The notes beneath the pieces were generated by a model. That model searched no databases, was not told the origin of the DNA, and saw nothing but the letters and a program-made list of their open reading frames with translations. This document shows positions 1-8,828 of a stretch of 26,406 nt of DNA, piece by piece. The position numbers and the translations under genes were made by a program. Numbering within the stretch: position 1 is the stretch's first letter; each line of letters opens with the position of its first letter. The DNA lies in assembly GCA_002794465.1 (NCBI GenBank), contig MTSL01000076.1, positions 21,396-47,801 on the forward strand, read 5' to 3'. The stretch is from Paramicrosporidium saccamoebae KSL3. Its lineage: Eukaryota; Fungi; Cryptomycota.

Positions 1-321
1 GTGGGTTGTGATGGTACATGTTACAAGAGAGTATGAGTCATGTGGGTGGATTGTATAAGATTGTAAAGATGGGTCAAAAGAGCGGAAAGGTTGTTTCTAT
101 ACTACGGATGTGCTACCCCAGCCTGACCGAGTCTCCATCTATTAGAGGGCCAGTATAATTTGGAAGGAGCATAGTCGCTGAGACTGGCGACAGAATTGGA
201 TGTCGACCTTGACATGGTATTGATGAATCACAGCCAGCCCCGTACTAGTGCGACGGGGACACGGACAGGGGTGTCCGCTGGTCCGGCAACCTGACTGTTG
301 ACCTTTTCTCTTCCCGTCCCT

Positions 322-1158
322 ATGCGCGACCCAAGCGAAAAAGAACCCTTTGGTGATCAGTTTGGACCTTTGATACGCGTAGCCAGCGACCCGTTGTTTC
401 CCTCTAGTCCCAGTGGACTTCACGGGGCCGTGGGCGAGAGGAGTCGTCCCCCCAGTCGACCGGCGTCTACAGCCCCCGAGCCGCTTGACCGATGGTTCTC
501 CTCCCTCCAACTGGATCTTGATGACTCCAGTTGGACGCCCATTGCCAGACCAGCGTCAGCCTCGCCTGTTGGTCCTATTCCGAGTCCCCTGGCCTTGCCT
601 ACTGACGATGATCCCGTCTTTCGAAATGATCTGGCACATGTCTTGGTATGGTTTTCTGACGACTTGGCCAGTCAACAGCGTCTTGTGGCCGCATATACAC
701 TTGCCAAGACCCTTCCTCGGTGGCAGATAGAATTCCTTCTGAAGCTGCTGGCTCAGGACGTGGATGCCGATGGCCATGCTTCTCACTTGGCCTCTCCCAT
801 CGCTTCGGATTCAGAGCCCAATCTTCTCAGCTCTAGTGGATCCTGGCGACGTGTTGCCGATCCAGAACCAACACGCTCTGTTGCCAGGACTTGGAATCCC
901 GAGCGAGATTCGGAGCGTATCAGCCCCACTTCAAGTTCTGACACTATTCCCGTAAGCTCCCATCTGTTCCACACTGACCTATCCGCCTGGTTGCGTCTAC
1001 ATCGTCTTCACAAGTATCAGGCAGTCTTCCAACGCATCATGGACCGTAAAAAGCTCCTTGCCATGGATGAAGATGGACTAGAAGCCATCGGCGTTGCTGC
1101 ATTGGGAGCTCGACGAAAATTTATTCGTCTGTTTGAGCTTATTAGGACTGAAGTATAG
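322..1158 (+). CDS. VTS1: Vts1/Smaug-family RNA-binding protein with C-terminal SAM domain
   Basis: The C-terminus DLSAWLRLHRLHKY...LEAIGVAALGARRKFIRLF matches the Vts1/Smaug SAM domain. VLVWF...QQRLVAAYTL...WQIEFLLKLL matches the conserved upstream helical block. The track start at 298 is TTG; the first ATG is at 322. Confidence 0.88.
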   Translation: MRDPSEKEPFGDQFGPLIRVASDPLFPSSPSGLHGAVGERSRPPSRPASTAPEPLDRWFSSLQLDLDDSSWTPIARPASASPVGPIPSPLALPTDDDPVFRNDLAHVLVWFSDDLASQQRLVAAYTLAKTLPRWQIEFLLKLLAQDVDADGHASHLASPIASDSEPNLLSSSGSWRRVADPEPTRSVARTWNPERDSERISPTSSSDTIPVSSHLFHTDLSAWLRLHRLHKYQAVFQRIMDRKKLLAMDEDGLEAIGVAALGARRKFIRLFELIRTEV

Positions 1159-1290
1159 ACTGTCAAGTTTCTAGACAAACATAGATATATAAAAGCAAAT
1201 GTGCTATGAGTTGTGGTATGCAGGTTGTGTGGGTGTCGTATGCGGGTTGTGGGGTGTGGAGCGTGTGCTAGGTATTACGGGTTGTGTACT

Positions 1291-1380
1291 GTGTAGACAT
1301 GTATCTACAATCGTATACCGTGTGGACATGTATCTACAACCGTATACCGTGTGGACATGTATCTACAATCGTGTACCGTG
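1291..1380. repeat. 29-bp tandem repeat, 3 copies (GTGTRGACATGTATCTACAAYCGTRTACC)
   Basis: Units begin at 1291, 1320 and 1349, with 1-2 substitutions between copies. Confidence 0.95.
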
Positions 1381-1425
1381 TTTCACAAATTTACTATACA
1401 CAAAGTACGCTCTACATAGTATCAT

Positions 1426-2634
1426 TTAGATTTTCCTTCGCAAGTGATTCACCAGTGAATTCAAATCTTCTCTATTGTGGATTTCACTTTCCCTGAATTC
1501 GACAGTACGGCCCATTACCAGTGCTTGAAATTGCATCTCAAGAGACAGAGTGTCTTTTGACTGAAATGGCATCTCGGGAGGCAGAACGTTTTTTGATTGG
1601 AGTCTCTGGAATTTTCGGTTCCATGAGCAATAGCTGGTCTGGTAGTGTCCATCTGGTAATGCGGTGATACCAAGCTTGGCAAACTGCTGATCTAGCCATT
1701 CTTTAGGATCCGTAATGTTTTCTGGGAGAATGAGCTCTATGACGGAAGCATGAGAACGCTTGCGAAGATTGTGAAACGTCCAAGCAAGTACCCATCTCTT
1801 TGTCTTGCCAATCTGGGAGGGCATTACTTTGATTGTTGGCCTCGGCACTAACAGCTCTAGTTTCTCCTGAAGCGGCCTGATCGAGTCTTTTAGGCCCACA
1901 AGACTCGTGTACCACGTAATCTTTTCTCTTAGTTGCTCACTCTCCTCGATAATCCGAGAGATGAACGCCACCTCTCCACCCGGATATATCGATTCGCTGG
2001 CAGAATACTCGAGATTTGTTCTGGACTTGCTCCTTTTCTCAGCCTTTCTAGAGCAAATATCTTTAGTGCTACTGTAAAAGGGTGGATTGCAGACTATAGC
2101 AGTGCAGCCAGTCTCTTTAACAAAACTAAGCAACGGTGCATTTTGCGACTCGATTTGAAAAAGTTGAATTTGATCATTTAAACCATTAGTCGCCACATTT
2201 CCGTGAGCCGATTCGTATGATGCGGGATCAATCTCGGTGGCAATAAATGTCCAGTTATCATGTAGCCTGGCTCCAAGTAATGGGTATATACAGCAAGCAC
2301 CGGTGCCACTATATTATATCACCACTGAACATAGAACGTACATGTCATAGATACTGACGGGCCGAGTGCGATAACTAATAGATGCAGCATCAAGCAAGTC
2401 TTCAACAAGATGCAAATAATCAAGACGATTCGCAATGGTTGGGCACAAATTCACAGATGGAATGTCTACATTGAGATTGAAATCAGCTTTTAGTAGCGCT
2501 CTATTCAACACACGAACAGCCTCGTTAGAAGTAAAATCCAATTGACCATCATTCAGGAGCAAACTAAGCTCGGGAGAGACTTTGGCGACAAGTTTGTAAT
2601 TGGGAGGGGTGTTGTACCTATTTCTCCTATGCAT
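1426..2634 (-). CDS. METTL16: METTL16/RlmF-family m6A methyltransferase (U6 snRNA methyltransferase); exons 2634-2342 and 2308-1426, 391 aa
   Basis: N-terminus MHRRNRY..P.Y, plus LCPTIANRLDY. Removing intron 2341-2309 restores the SAM-binding motif YDIGTGACCIYPLLG and joins the frame carrying EID and the catalytic CNPPFY motif. Confidence 0.92.
2309..2341 (-). other. 33-nt spliceosomal intron in METTL16 (GTACGT...ATATAG)
   Basis: Splicing is needed to join two ORFs and rebuild D-I-G-T-G. The intron contains an in-frame TAA. Confidence 0.9.
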
Positions 2635-2770
2635 TCTGTGCAGTTAATAATTAAAGAGGTGTTGAGGCGGCGCTGGACAAGTGATGGAGAAGTAATAAAG
2701 AAGCGCTGAAGAGTTGTATTTCTCGTGCAGGGCCAGTGTCTCTAAGAATCGTATTCCCCCCGTGGGCTCT

Positions 2771-2788
2771 CCAATGCACCCTATAAAA
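2771..2788 (+). promoter_or_regulatory. CCAAT and TATAAAA upstream of RPN11 in the 187-bp divergent METTL16/RPN11 spacer
   Basis: CCAAT at 2771-2775 and TATAAAA at 2782-2788; the ATG is at 2822. Confidence 0.5.
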
Positions 2789-2821
2789 GGGAAATGTGAA
2801 TAAAATACCTCGTCTTTTCTC

Positions 2822-3745
2822 ATGGATTTGGAACAGCTGTTGAGTGGGGGAATGAACATGCCCGCACCTGGGCAAGACGTGCCCACAATGGATACTTCTG
2901 AAACCATTCAGATATCCTCTCTGGCACTTTTGAAAATGCTCAAGCATGGTCGCGCTGGTGTGCCAATGGAAGTAATGGGTCTCATGTTGGGCGAGTTTGT
3001 CGACGACTACACTGTCCATGTTGTGGACGTCTTTGCCATGCCGCAAAGCGGAACTGGTGTCTCTGTGGAGGCCGTAGACCCAGTTTTCCAGACCAAAATG
3101 TTGGACATGTTGAAACAGACTGGCCGCGCCGAAATGGTAGTTGGCTGGTATCATTCGCATCCAGGATTTGGGCCTTGGTTAAGTAGCGTCGACATTAACA
3201 CGCAAATGAGTTTTGAAGCACTGAACAAGCGCGCTGTGGCGGTGGTAGTGGACCCTATTCAGTCAGTAAAGGGAAAGGTCGTCATTGATGCATTCCGACT
3301 GATTAGTTCGCAGTCAATGATGATGCAACAGGAGCCTCGTCAGACCACTAGCAACATTGGTCATTTGCACAAGCCGTCCATTGTGGCTCTCATTCATGGA
3401 CTTAACAGACATTACTATTCCATGCCGATCGACTACAGAAAGGGCGAATTGGAGCAGAACATGCTTATGAACGTCAATCGCGAGGCATGGACCGGTGGAC
3501 TCGGATTGAAGGACTTTGCCACGCACGCAATTAATAATGAGGCAGCAGCTAGGGCGATTGTTACCTTGGCAGAGGCGTACAGCAAGTCACTCCACGAAGA
3601 GCTCACTCTAACTCCTGAAGAGCTCAAAAATCGCCATGTTGGAAAGCAAGATCCTAAGCGCCATCTGCAAGAAAAGGTTGAGCAAGCTGTCGCTGCCAAT
3701 GTTGTGCAAATCCTCGGCGCCATGGTGAATCGAGAAATCTTCTAA
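2822..3745 (+). CDS. RPN11: 26S proteasome lid deubiquitinase Rpn11/POH1 (JAMM/MPN+)
   Basis: [27 protein letters not shown], [17 protein letters not shown] and [24 protein letters not shown]. Confidence 0.98.
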   Translation: MDLEQLLSGGMNMPAPGQDVPTMDTSETIQISSLALLKMLKHGRAGVPMEVMGLMLGEFVDDYTVHVVDVFAMPQSGTGVSVEAVDPVFQTKMLDMLKQTGRAEMVVGWYHSHPGFGPWLSSVDINTQMSFEALNKRAVAVVVDPIQSVKGKVVIDAFRLISSQSMMMQQEPRQTTSNIGHLHKPSIVALIHGLNRHYYSMPIDYRKGELEQNMLMNVNREAWTGGLGLKDFATHAINNEAAARAIVTLAEAYSKSLHEELTLTPEELKNRHVGKQDPKRHLQEKVEQAVAANVVQILGAMVNREIF

Positions 3746-3812
3746 TAATGTATTGTAACAATAAAACCATCCAGGCTGTGTGACACAGAATCTTTATTTT
3801 TCAACAATCGGC

Positions 3813-3986
3813 TTAGGCTTGCATGGCGTTCTTGTTGTTGTGCTTCTTGGCGAAACGCTGATTCTTCAAGAACTTGGAGTCGACACCACGGAGGGACGGG
3901 AAGCGGTGAGACTTGACCTTTTTGATACCATTGCGGTGGTTCTTCTTGTTCTGGTTGTGGTTGGTGTGGTTCTTTGACTTGGCCAT
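3813..3986 (-). CDS. RPL29: 60S ribosomal protein eL29, 57 aa (absent from the ORF track)
   Basis: My translation: [57 protein letters not shown]. It carries the eL29 signature [19 protein letters not shown]. Confidence 0.96.
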   Translation of the reverse strand: MAKSKNHTNHNQNKKNHRNGIKKVKSHRFPSLRGVDSKFLKNQRFAKKHNNKNAMQA

Positions 3987-4090
3987 CTACCAGTTAGTAT
4001 CGGCCTGAGGTGGAAGCTATATAGAGACCCTCCATGCTATGCAAATGATGGATGGATGGTCAGTGGAAAGATATAGGAACGATAACTTAC
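3987..4090 (-). other. 104-nt 5'-UTR intron of RPL29
   Basis: On the minus strand: donor GTAAGT at 4090, branch point TACTAAC at 3999-3993, and acceptor TAG directly abutting the ATG. Confidence 0.85.
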
Positions 4091-4160
4091 CTTGACTACT
4101 TAGCCTATCCTAGCCCCTGTTCCGTAGTAGGCTACCCCCTGCAATCATTAATGCGGTGAG

Positions 4161-4330
4161 TGATTAGTATGTAGCGAGTGTGATTAGTAAGTGGTGCGTG
4201 TGATTAGTGTGTGGTGAGTATGATTAATATGTGGCGAGTGTGATTAGTATGTGGTGAGTGTGATTGGTATGTGGTGAGTGTGATTAATATGTGGTGAGTG
4301 TGATTAATATGTGGTGAGTGTGATTGGTAT
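4161..4330. repeat. 20-bp minisatellite, ~8.5 copies (TGATTAGTATGTGGTGAGTG)
   Basis: Units start every 20 bp from 4161 to 4321, with few substitutions. Confidence 0.97.
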
Positions 4331-4480
4331 GGTGGATTATATTAGTTGGTTTGGTTAGTCAACTTTATAAGTTGTATATAATTATTGACCTGCTAAGCTA
4401 TCGAATTAGTAGCCCCATGAACTGTATCGAGTTATCAGCTCAGTCAACTCGCCTCTATTAACCGTCTCATACTTCTCGGC

Positions 4481-4550
4481 TAGCTTACTCCATGATTTGC
4501 ATCTCATCACTCGGATAGCTTACTCTATGACTTGCATCTCATCACTCGGA
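4481..4550. repeat. 35-bp tandem duplication spanning the HSP104 stop codon
   Basis: 4481-4515 versus 4516-4550: 33 of 35 positions identical. Confidence 0.93.
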
Positions 4551-7180
4551 AGTGGCGTGATTACCAGACGCAGCATATCATGGTCATGGACGGCGATATA
4601 TTCCATAGGAGGCGGTACATCAGTGGTCGTAATTGTGACCAAAGTGTTATCTGCGAGATTGCCAGCAAGCATCATTCTACTGAGCTCGGTAACAACCTTT
4701 TTCTCCAGGTACCGACGCAGAGGGCGGGCTCCATAGGCGGGATCATACGCTTCGGCTATGAAGAGCCTGGCGGCTGACGAATCTAGGGCGAGCTTAATGT
4801 TCCGAGATTCGAGTCGCTCTCCCAAATCTTCAACGAGGAGCTGGCAAATGCGCATTAAATGCTCTTGATGTAAGGCGGAGAATACAATAATGTCATCGAG
4901 ACGGTTAAGAAACTCTGGACGAAAATGTTGTCTCACTTGTCCCATGACTAGCTCCCTCATTTGGGACGGACTCTGTCCGGAAACTTGAGCACTGACCAAA
5001 AATTCCTGACCAACATTGGATGTCATGATGAGAACAACGTTGCTAAAGTCCACAGTCCTCCCTTGACCGTCAGTGAGACGGCCATCGTCCATCAGCTGTA
5101 ATAGAACATTGAGTACCTCAGTATGAGCCTTTTCAACTTCGTCCAAGAGGACCACGTTATATGGCCTTCTGCGAACCGCCTCAGTAAGCTGACCTCCCTC
5201 TTCATATCCAATGTAACCAGGAGGAGCCCCAATCAGCCGGCTCACGCTATGCTTCTCCATATACTCACTCATGTCAATTCTCACCATGTGGTGGTCATCG
5301 TCAAAGAGTTCAGCCGCGATAGCCTTGGCAAGTTCCGTTTTACCAACGCCAGTGGGTCCGAGGAACAAGAAGGATCCGATGGGCTGGTTTTGCTTCCCCA
5401 ATCCGGATCTTGATCTCAGAATTGCATCTGCAGCGGCTTCAATGGCGCCGTCCTGGCCAATAACTCGTTGCTTTAGACGATCTCCGAGTGAAAGGATCCG
5501 TTGAGATTCAGTTTCGCTCAGTTTGTTGATGGGGATTCCCGTCCATCGACTGACAACATTGGCAATTTGGTCTTCAGTAATGACTTCGGTTAGAAGAGAT
5601 GTTTCCTGTTGGTCTTTTTGGCTTTTCGTATTCAACTCGCCCAGGCGTTTTTGCACTTCGGGAATTGCAAAATAGCGCAGATCAGCAGCAAGTGTGAGAT
5701 CATGACGACGCTCAGCTTCGGCTGCTTTGGTCCGCAGCTCATCAAGCTTTTGGTTTAATTGTCGGAGCTCGTCAAGACGTCCTCGCTCCTTTTGATGCAT
5801 GGCAATCAAGGGCTTTAGTTCTTCATCAATCTTTGAAAGTTCTTCCCTGACCTTGGCCAGACGCTGCTGTGATGAAGCGTCTTGTTCTTTTGCCAAAGCG
5901 GTCGCCTCAATTTCCAGCCGGAGATGTCTTCTCTGCAAGGCGTCAATAACCTCGGGCTGACTGTCAAGTTGGACGCGAGTGTTGGCACAAGCTTCATCAA
6001 CAAGGTCAATGGCCTTGTCGGGAAGGAAACGCCCCTGGATGTACCGGTGTGCCAGTTGGGCCGCAAGAACGAGGGCATTATCGGCAATCCGAACTCCGTG
6101 GTGCATTTCGTAGCGCTCCTTTAGTCCACGCAGAATGCTGATAGTGTCAATTACGCTGGGTTCGCCGACATAGACGGGCTGGAAGCGACGTTCAAAGGCG
6201 GCATCCTTTTCTACATGCTTGCGGTATTCGTCTAGAGTTGTGGCACCAATACAGCGGAGCTCGCCACGTGCCAGCATAGGCTTGAGCAGATTAGCTGCAT
6301 CCATTGAGCCTTCGCCTTTACCAGCACCCAAAACCAGGTGGATTTCATCAATAAATAGAATAATTTCGCCTTGAGCGTCCTGGACTTCTTTTAACACCGC
6401 CTTTAATCTCTCTTCAAATTCGCCGCGGTATTTGGCACCGGCAACAAGCGCACCCATATCCAGACTAAACAGTCGACACTTGAGAGACTCTGGAACATCT
6501 CCTCGGGCGATTCGCTGTGCAAGACCTTCGACAATGGCTGTCTTTCCAACTCCAGGCGGACCGATGAGCACAGGATTGTTCTTTGTTCTTCGAGCAAGCA
6601 CCCGGATCACACGGCGAATTTCCTCGTCTCTTCCAATGACAGGATCGAGTTTTCCCGACACTGCAGACTCTACCAGATCGTGTCCGTACTTGTTTAGGGC
6701 ATCGTAGGTTGCCTCTGCGTTTGCTCCCGAGACTTTGCGGCTTCCCCTAATGGACTTGATGCTGTTCTCCAGGGCGACTTTGGTTATTCCCGCCTCCTGA
6801 AGGACGGGCTGAAAGTCGGCATTCTCTCCCAAGGCCAGAATCATATGGTCTACGGCAACGTGAGAATCTGCATTGGCGCGTTGTAATTCTTGGCACTTTT
6901 GCAGAAAAGTCATAAAGCTCCGCGATGGTGAAATAACGTCGGGAGCGGGTTCTTGTTTCGGCAGTCTGACGAGCGCTTTTTTTAGAGCACGCTCTAGAGC
7001 CTGCTGGTCAGCTCCTATCCTCAGAGTCAATTGGCGCAAAAGTCCATCGCGGTCATCATACAGGACGGAGGATATGTGGGCAGGATACAGCTGCACGTGG
7101 TTGTTCTCACGCGCAAGAGATTCGGCCTGTCCCAAAGCGGATATGGCTTTTTCGGTGAATGTATCAGGACCTATTTGCAT
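4520..7180 (-). CDS. HSP104: Hsp104/ClpB AAA+ disaggregase, 886 aa
   Basis: Clp N-domain; NBD1 ([30 protein letters not shown]); coiled-coil M-domain; NBD2 ([39 protein letters not shown]). No organellar presequence. Confidence 0.97.
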   Translation of the reverse strand: MQIGPDTFTEKAISALGQAESLARENNHVQLYPAHISSVLYDDRDGLLRQLTLRIGADQQALERALKKALVRLPKQEPAPDVISPSRSFMTFLQKCQELQRANADSHVAVDHMILALGENADFQPVLQEAGITKVALENSIKSIRGSRKVSGANAEATYDALNKYGHDLVESAVSGKLDPVIGRDEEIRRVIRVLARRTKNNPVLIGPPGVGKTAIVEGLAQRIARGDVPESLKCRLFSLDMGALVAGAKYRGEFEERLKAVLKEVQDAQGEIILFIDEIHLVLGAGKGEGSMDAANLLKPMLARGELRCIGATTLDEYRKHVEKDAAFERRFQPVYVGEPSVIDTISILRGLKERYEMHHGVRIADNALVLAAQLAHRYIQGRFLPDKAIDLVDEACANTRVQLDSQPEVIDALQRRHLRLEIEATALAKEQDASSQQRLAKVREELSKIDEELKPLIAMHQKERGRLDELRQLNQKLDELRTKAAEAERRHDLTLAADLRYFAIPEVQKRLGELNTKSQKDQQETSLLTEVITEDQIANVVSRWTGIPINKLSETESQRILSLGDRLKQRVIGQDGAIEAAADAILRSRSGLGKQNQPIGSFLFLGPTGVGKTELAKAIAAELFDDDHHMVRIDMSEYMEKHSVSRLIGAPPGYIGYEEGGQLTEAVRRRPYNVVLLDEVEKAHTEVLNVLLQLMDDGRLTDGQGRTVDFSNVVLIMTSNVGQEFLVSAQVSGQSPSQMRELVMGQVRQHFRPEFLNRLDDIIVFSALHQEHLMRICQLLVEDLGERLESRNIKLALDSSAARLFIAEAYDPAYGARPLRRYLEKKVVTELSRMMLAGNLADNTLVTITTTDVPPPMEYIAVHDHDMLRLVITPLPSDEMQVIE

Positions 7181-7207
7181 TTTCTACTAAAACTGGTCTG
7201 GCGTGTC

Positions 7208-7272
7208 TATTTATATGGCCGCCAATAGGCTACTAGACTATTCGAGAAACATCTAGGTGAATCCCAGCCAAT
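7208..7272 (-). promoter_or_regulatory. HSP104 promoter: TATA box, heat-shock-element-like array and CCAAT boxes
   Basis: TATAAATA on the minus strand at 7215-7208. Array aGACt-aTTCg-aGAAa-cATCt at 7235-7254 has two perfect and two one-mismatch nGAAn units. CCAAT at 7222 and 7268. Confidence 0.6.
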
Positions 7273-7568
7273 CACGAGCGGTGTTTCATCAGGCCCACCA
7301 TTGGTTCGGCTGTTGTGGGGTGGCGGATGGATTAGCTGGGCATCTGGAGATGATTCTCTGGGCTGGTGATTTTTGTACTTGAATAAACCAACGAAAGACG
7401 GCGAGATTTGTATCTTTACCATTTGGGGATTATTAGTACGTCATTTACGAGATTAGGAGTAGGCCGTTGGATTGGTGGTGGGCGGCAGTGTGCGGCCCTC
7501 TTTCCTTTTGATAAATTCCGCGGAGTCTTTCTTACTACGTGACAACCTTTACCATCTAATCTACCACA

Positions 7569-8360
7569 ATGCAAGCAAGTGTCATGTTGATCTGCGGCGC
7601 TGTTATCCTTGCTGCCGTCTATGGAAGCATACTGATATACTCTGGGCCCGGAACCAGTCTTGAGCTGATTGAACATTTGGAGAGCACACTTGTATCTTCT
7701 GGAAGGACCAACTATATAAGAGTATCCCCTGACTGTTTGTCCACAACCAGTTGGACTGATACATGTGATTTGCTGATAATTCCTGGTGGACGTGATTTGG
7801 AATATGTTCGCTTACTTGACATTGCCACACTGGCCCGGATTAGAGACTATGTCAATCGTGGAGGACGATACCTAGGCCTTTGTGGTGGCGCATATTTTGC
7901 ATCCTCAAGAGTAGAATTTGAAGTTGGCACGCAGTTTGAAGTAGTAGGAACGCGTCATCTTTCACTGTATAATGGAACAGCTCACGGATCTGCATATCGG
8001 CCATTCACGTATAGTCCCAAAGATGCACGTGCTGCTGGCATTGTCATGAATGAGTACAAAGATCGCAACAAGGTGGTAAAGTTGTTGCACTCTGGTGGAT
8101 GCTATTTTGATGCAGATGAGGTAAAGGCTTACGGTTGGCGAGTCATCGGAACGTATGCACATGGCCGAGGGATTGCTATCATTGCCAAAGATATTGGAAA
8201 GGGCTATGCTGTTCTGTGCTGTCCCCATATTGAATTTAATCCACACATGCCAAGCTCATTCAACCACGGATCAATCCAGTCTGAAGTTATGAGCTCTTCT
8301 GTCCGTCGTCAAAACGTTTTTAACTATATTCTTTCCAATGCACTCCAATTGCGGCCATAA
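7569..8360 (+). CDS. Stand-alone BPL_N (biotin-protein-ligase N-terminal, class I glutamine-amidotransferase-like) protein with hydrophobic N-terminus
   Basis: ILIYSGPGTS, LLIIPGGRDLEY, IRDYVNRGGRYLGLCGGAYFASSRVEFEVG and PHIEF are BPL_N motifs. No catalytic ligase domain follows. Confidence 0.85.
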   Translation: MQASVMLICGAVILAAVYGSILIYSGPGTSLELIEHLESTLVSSGRTNYIRVSPDCLSTTSWTDTCDLLIIPGGRDLEYVRLLDIATLARIRDYVNRGGRYLGLCGGAYFASSRVEFEVGTQFEVVGTRHLSLYNGTAHGSAYRPFTYSPKDARAAGIVMNEYKDRNKVVKLLHSGGCYFDADEVKAYGWRVIGTYAHGRGIAIIAKDIGKGYAVLCCPHIEFNPHMPSSFNHGSIQSEVMSSSVRRQNVFNYILSNALQLRP

Positions 8361-8561
8361 TATAGAGTCGCGGGGTAATGAGTTCAAACAAAAAAGGGCA
8401 AAAACTCTTCATCCCTGATCTGTATAAACTATCACAATGAATCTGTTGATGGGTAAACTTGCTTTTATTAAAGTATATGGCTTCTTTATAGGTGGCTATT
8501 CTTAATCTAACCAGACTGGACTGTGAGGCCGCCTATCTGGGTCGGGCTCACCAATAGTAAG

Positions 8562-8750
8562 TGTGACGTAGGGGCAGGGGCAGGGGCAGAGGCAGAGGCA
8601 GAGGATTGATTGATTAGTCGGGTATTTGACGTAGAGGGTTGATTAGTTGCTGGGTACTTGAGGACAGTGAGATGTGTATCCATACTATTCTAGGATTAGC
8701 AGTGAATAAACCCCCCTTCCCGTCTGTGGCATTATCCCCACTACGCGACA
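8562..8750 (+). mobile_element. Dispersed repeat copy A (TGTGACGTAG...CTACGCGACA), solo-LTR-like or MITE-like, with duplicated head and (CAGRGG)n insertion
   Basis: The 53-bp core at 8652-8704 is 51/53 identical to each of the other two copies. Terminal inverted repeats match at 8 of 10 positions. Confidence 0.65.
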
Positions 8751-8828
8751 AGTGGATGCTGTTTAACAGAATCTTTAATCTCCGAATCGCGATATATTCT
8801 CTTACACCAGTATCAATATTTTATTGAG

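Noticed and set aside
262-277. Hairpin CGGACA-GGGG-TGTCCG upstream of VTS1 as an autoregulatory Smaug recognition element
   Set aside because: The loop does not fit CNGG(N0-3) without breaking the stem, and a 6-bp stem is expected by chance.
1291-1380. 29-bp near-palindromic repeats as a CRISPR array
   Set aside because: The units are contiguous with no spacers, there are no cas genes, and the context is eukaryotic.
7207-7676. Minus-strand ORFs 7207-7422 and 7416-7676
   Set aside because: No recognisable motifs, and they overlap promoter elements or the BPL_N gene.
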